64,000 bases of DNA from Marinicella sp. GTDB lineage: Bacteria; Pseudomonadota; Gammaproteobacteria; Xanthomonadales; Marinicellaceae. Below, in pieces: positions 60,808-64,000 of the stretch. The stretch lies in the NCBI GenBank assembly GCA_965230295.1, contig OZ246001.1, positions 1,568,001 to 1,632,000 of the forward strand. Direction: 5' to 3'. A program made the position numbers and the translations under genes. How positions within the stretch are numbered: position 1 is the first letter of the stretch; every line of letters starts with the position of its first letter. Below the pieces are notes generated by a model. It had not been told where the DNA came from. It saw only the letters and a program-made list of their open reading frames with translations, and did no database searches.

Positions 60808-61419
60808 TTGAGTTGTTTTTTTCGATATGGTCTTTAATGGCGCCTTCTAATTTGTTGAGGCTTTTATTACCCCTTTGTAAGAAAACTCTGATAACTTTGC
60901 TGTTAGTTGATAAAAAAACCAATGATTAATGGCCCAGTAACCACAAAGGCTTGTACACCGACAGTACCCATTTCTCACATAGTAGGGGTAGTTACCTCAT
61001 AGGTGTTAAAAAGGGTCAACTTTTAACAGATGTAAAAGGCATTGCCCCCTATTAGTTAGCAAGGACGTATCAACTTAAGATGACCAACACTGTTTGAGCA
61101 TGCACATTTCCGAACAAAAAGATCAGCGCTAAATCAGGTTTTGATCAGGACTTTATTGTGATGTTATTTGATAATTTACAGTAAGGAGCCATGCACGAAA
61201 TCTATACGCTATACCGTTGCATGGCTCTTTAGCTGGAAAGCATGGATGGCGGAGTTTTGCTCAAACTCTTTTTTGCCCCGTCACTCTTGTTTCCCATACT
61301 TACAGGGCACTGATCTCAAAAATAACAATGTGTTATTCAGAACAAATGCCTGTCTTTACAACTATATGGTCATTACCCTTAATAAAGAGGTATGCGCCCT
61401 GAACCTAAGGAATATAAAG

Positions 61420-62682
61420 ATGATAAAAAACTGTTCTCACTTAAAAAAAACGGCCCTGGTTTCTGCCTTGCTGCTAGAAATGGGTACGGGGGCACTAGCG
61501 GCCAACATCGCCGTTGATGGCACCACTTGTAACTTAGCAGATGCCATCACTGCCGCCAATACGGACACAGCCACAGGGGGGTGTTCAGCTGGAGCGGGGG
61601 ATGATGTCCTGAATTTAGAATCGGGTGCTAGTCCATTTGTACTAACCACTCAGTTGCCTTATATAAGTTCCAATATCACAATCAATGGTAATGACTCAAC
61701 AGTCTCTCGAGATGCAGGGGCGCCTGAATTCAACGTGTTCAACATAACTGGCACCAACACCACTTCAATTTTAAATGACCTAACAATCACGGGTGGAAAC
61801 AGCCTCAGTAATCGTGGGGGCGGTATAAATGCTGAAGTAGGAACGTTAGTTGAAATCAATAACACCACCATCACAGGCAACACAGGCGGTGGTATATTCA
61901 TGCGTGTTAGTAATTTGACGCTCAGTAATTCTCTGATTGCAAATAACAGTGGAAATGTACAAGCCTATTATTATGGAGCTGGTGTTGCTGTAAATGCTGG
62001 TAATGTGGATATCGTTAACACCACCATTACTGGGAATAACAATCAGTCAACCATTGCTGGTGGTGGTGGTGTCTATGTCACTGATTTTAACGGTCCAGTT
62101 ACACTTGGCATAACCAACAGCACCATTTCTGGCAACACAGCCAGTGTCCGCCGAGGTGGTGGAATCTCCAGCGAGGGCTTTGGCAACGGAATAGAATTGA
62201 ATTTGAATAATGTCACGGTCACTTTGAATTCATCTGGTGGCAATGGCGGTGGTATTTATAACAGAAATACGGATATCACCGTTTCTCAATCTTTGATCTC
62301 TGGCAATACGGCAGCGGTATCCAATCAATGGGAATCTACAGGTGCATCTTACGTGACAGTTAATGCATACAACATCTTTGGAGAAAGCAATGCCGCGGGG
62401 TTGACAGGAGTGACTCCGGGTGTTTATGACATCATACCAACAGTTGGTGTTGCGGAGATTTTTGACACCAACTTAACAGACAACGGCGGTGCAACACCAA
62501 CCCATGCATTGATCGCCAATGGCCCTGCTTTAGACGCGATTGCCGCATGTTTACTGAGCACTGATCAAACGGGTAAATCCAGACCCATCGATGGCGATGC
62601 AGATGGCAATGCATTGTGCGATGTGGGGGCCTTCGAAAACATCTACCCCGATGTGATTTTCACTGATGGGTTTGAAAACTGA
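61420..62682 (+). CDS. Secreted right-handed beta-helix protein with choice-of-anchor Q-like domain and DxIFxDGFE tail
   Basis: Signal-like N-terminus after an AAGGA RBS, CNLADAITAAN, repeated NTTITGN..GGG units, LTDNGGATPTHAL...DQTG..R...CDVGAFE, ends DVIFTDGFEN. Confidence 0.82.
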   Translation: MIKNCSHLKKTALVSALLLEMGTGALAANIAVDGTTCNLADAITAANTDTATGGCSAGAGDDVLNLESGASPFVLTTQLPYISSNITINGNDSTVSRDAGAPEFNVFNITGTNTTSILNDLTITGGNSLSNRGGGINAEVGTLVEINNTTITGNTGGGIFMRVSNLTLSNSLIANNSGNVQAYYYGAGVAVNAGNVDIVNTTITGNNNQSTIAGGGGVYVTDFNGPVTLGITNSTISGNTASVRRGGGISSEGFGNGIELNLNNVTVTLNSSGGNGGGIYNRNTDITVSQSLISGNTAAVSNQWESTGASYVTVNAYNIFGESNAAGLTGVTPGVYDIIPTVGVAEIFDTNLTDNGGATPTHALIANGPALDAIAACLLSTDQTGKSRPIDGDADGNALCDVGAFENIYPDVIFTDGFEN

Positions 62683-62906
62683 CAATGCTCAGCCGAAACC
62701 TTAAAAAAGCCCGTTTCAATCGGGATTGTTTGATTGAAAAGGATGCCCATACGAACTACTTCTGAAAACGGCGCTTTCAAGTAGTTATTTAAATATCATA
62801 CTGTAACTTTTTGCACAAATTCACTCTCAGATCCGGGCTGTTCCTTGCACATTCTATAAATTATAAGACTGGGATTATTGGAAAAGTGGAGGAAATAAAC
62901 AACTTA

Positions 62907-62959
62907 AACTGACTTGTAATCAGTAGGTCCGGGGTTCGACTCCTCGTGTCGGCACCATT
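62907..62959 (+). repeat. att-like duplicate of the tRNA-Thr 3' part
   Basis: Anticodon arm to CCA only; the 5' acceptor strand and D arm are missing. Confidence 0.92.
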
Positions 62960-63071
62960 ATCGCCATGTTCCCTCATCCCCTTATAACAAAGTGACACGA
63001 CATGCATTCGTGGTTTCTTGCTTTCTCATCCTGAGTATTTATTGTTCAGTTAAAATGGTATGATTCTGGCC

Positions 63072-64000
63072 ATGCAGAACTCCGCCAGAAAGTCTGTGGT
63101 CCAAGTGGCTTTGAAAGTGCCATTTGCAGCCCATTTAGACTACCGCTTACCAGACGATTGTCCCACGCCGCCAGTCGGCGCTCGGGTGGTGGTTCCCCTG
63201 GGTAAAAACAAACCCATGGTCGGGGTGGTTTTGGCTTTGGTGGATGACAGCCCTTTTGAAAACCTGAAGCCCATCTCGGAGGTGCTTGACCTAAAACCGC
63301 TGTTGAATGCAAAGAGCATAGAATTACTGCAGCAAGCAGCCAAATACTATCAAGTCAATCTGGGTGAAATGGTGTTCACTGCCTTACCTGCCTGGTACCG
63401 GAAAACTGACAACCGACCCATCCCGATTCAGTACTGGTGGCAAGTTTCAGCCTCGGTTGAAGCAGCACAAGAGTTGTTAAAAGCGGCCCCCAAACAACTT
63501 GAGATTTTTGAATACCTGCATCGACACGGGCCCTTGCAGAGCAAAACCATGAATCACATCAATGCCGCCGCTGCCAAGTTGTGTCGTCAATTGCAAGATA
63601 AAGGCCTGTTGGATTCATCAGAAGTCTGTTTTGTAGCAACCGACCAGGCCAAAGATCCAGGTTTTCAACTGACCACCGATCAAGCCAATGCGCTTGAACA
63701 GTTAAAGGCCCATGAAGACCAATTCCAGGTGGCGCTGTTAGATGGCATCACCGGTTCAGGCAAAACTGAAATATACATCCAATTCATCAACCGCCTGTTA
63801 CAGAAAAAACAACAGGCACTGGTTTTGGTGCCAGAAATCGGCTTAACTCCTCAACTGTTTCAGGAAATCAGTCAACGCATCAATGGTCAAATGGCCATCT
63901 TACATTCCGGACTGTCGGATGGGGCCCGGGGCCGGGTCTGGCAACATGCTGCCAATGGCTTAGTGGATGTGGTGGTTGCCACCCGTTCAGGAATCTTTAC
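63072..64000 (+). CDS. priA: Primosomal protein N' (5' part, runs off the window edge)
   Basis: Manual translation: MQNSARKSVVQVALKVP...LDY...GARVVVPLG..., LLDGITGSGKTEIY, ALVLVPEIGLTPQ, LHSGLSD; absent from the ORF track because there is no stop in the window. Confidence 0.95.
   Translation, partial: MQNSARKSVVQVALKVPFAAHLDYRLPDDCPTPPVGARVVVPLGKNKPMVGVVLALVDDSPFENLKPISEVLDLKPLLNAKSIELLQQAAKYYQVNLGEMVFTALPAWYRKTDNRPIPIQYWWQVSASVEAAQELLKAAPKQLEIFEYLHRHGPLQSKTMNHINAAAAKLCRQLQDKGLLDSSEVCFVATDQAKDPGFQLTTDQANALEQLKAHEDQFQVALLDGITGSGKTEIYIQFINRLLQKKQQALVLVPEIGLTPQLFQEISQRINGQMAILHSGLSDGARGRVWQHAANGLVDVVVATRSGIF

Noticed and set aside
60985-61040. Possible IS21-like end (GGGTCAACTTTTAACAGATGTAAA) inside the islet
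   Set aside because: No terminal CA, no partner end and no istA/istB remnant; too weak to call
62907-62959. Second tRNA-Thr gene
   Set aside because: The 5' acceptor strand and D arm are missing; it is an att-type duplication

Overview
Gammaproteobacterial chromosome segment. The gene set and the C-terminal DxIFxDGFE protein tail suggest a Marinicella/Xanthomonadales-like marine organism (inference only). Most of the window is housekeeping: aceE start, maeB, class I fba, pgk, gap, two tandem alanine/glycine:cation symporters, pilT-pilU, a cobalamin-riboswitch-controlled BtuB-like receptor, P-II, a Pho locus (phoU-pstBAC-pstS-phoR plus a divergent Pho-boxed porin), an MBOAT/SGNH pair, an ECF43-type sigma factor with a Ser/Thr kinase, plsB, hslVU, two tandem DUF697 GTPases, an ABC-F ATPase, a second ECF/anti-sigma module, proS, a peptidase-NatAB-like operon, tRNA-Thr(UGU) and the start of priA. 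The most unusual signals are non-coding. (1) A small stand-alone GIY-YIG nuclease gene is bracketed by the densest cluster of a palindromic REP-like family (core CTTCGACTCCGCTCAG, 11 copies in the window), which mirrors the REP-RAYT layout but with a different enzyme. (2) A 579-bp hairpin-rich element with short terminal inverted repeats splits a DUF1272 gene, and relatives of it occur elsewhere in the window. (3) An unannotated ~170-nt tract with 12 GGA motifs (minus strand), several in hairpin loops, looks like a CsrB/RsmZ-type sRNA and sits beside the ECF-kinase cassette. (4) A 3-kb islet with no integrase is bounded by a 53-bp duplication of the tRNA-Thr 3' end. All calls come from reading the sequence by eye; no searches were run.
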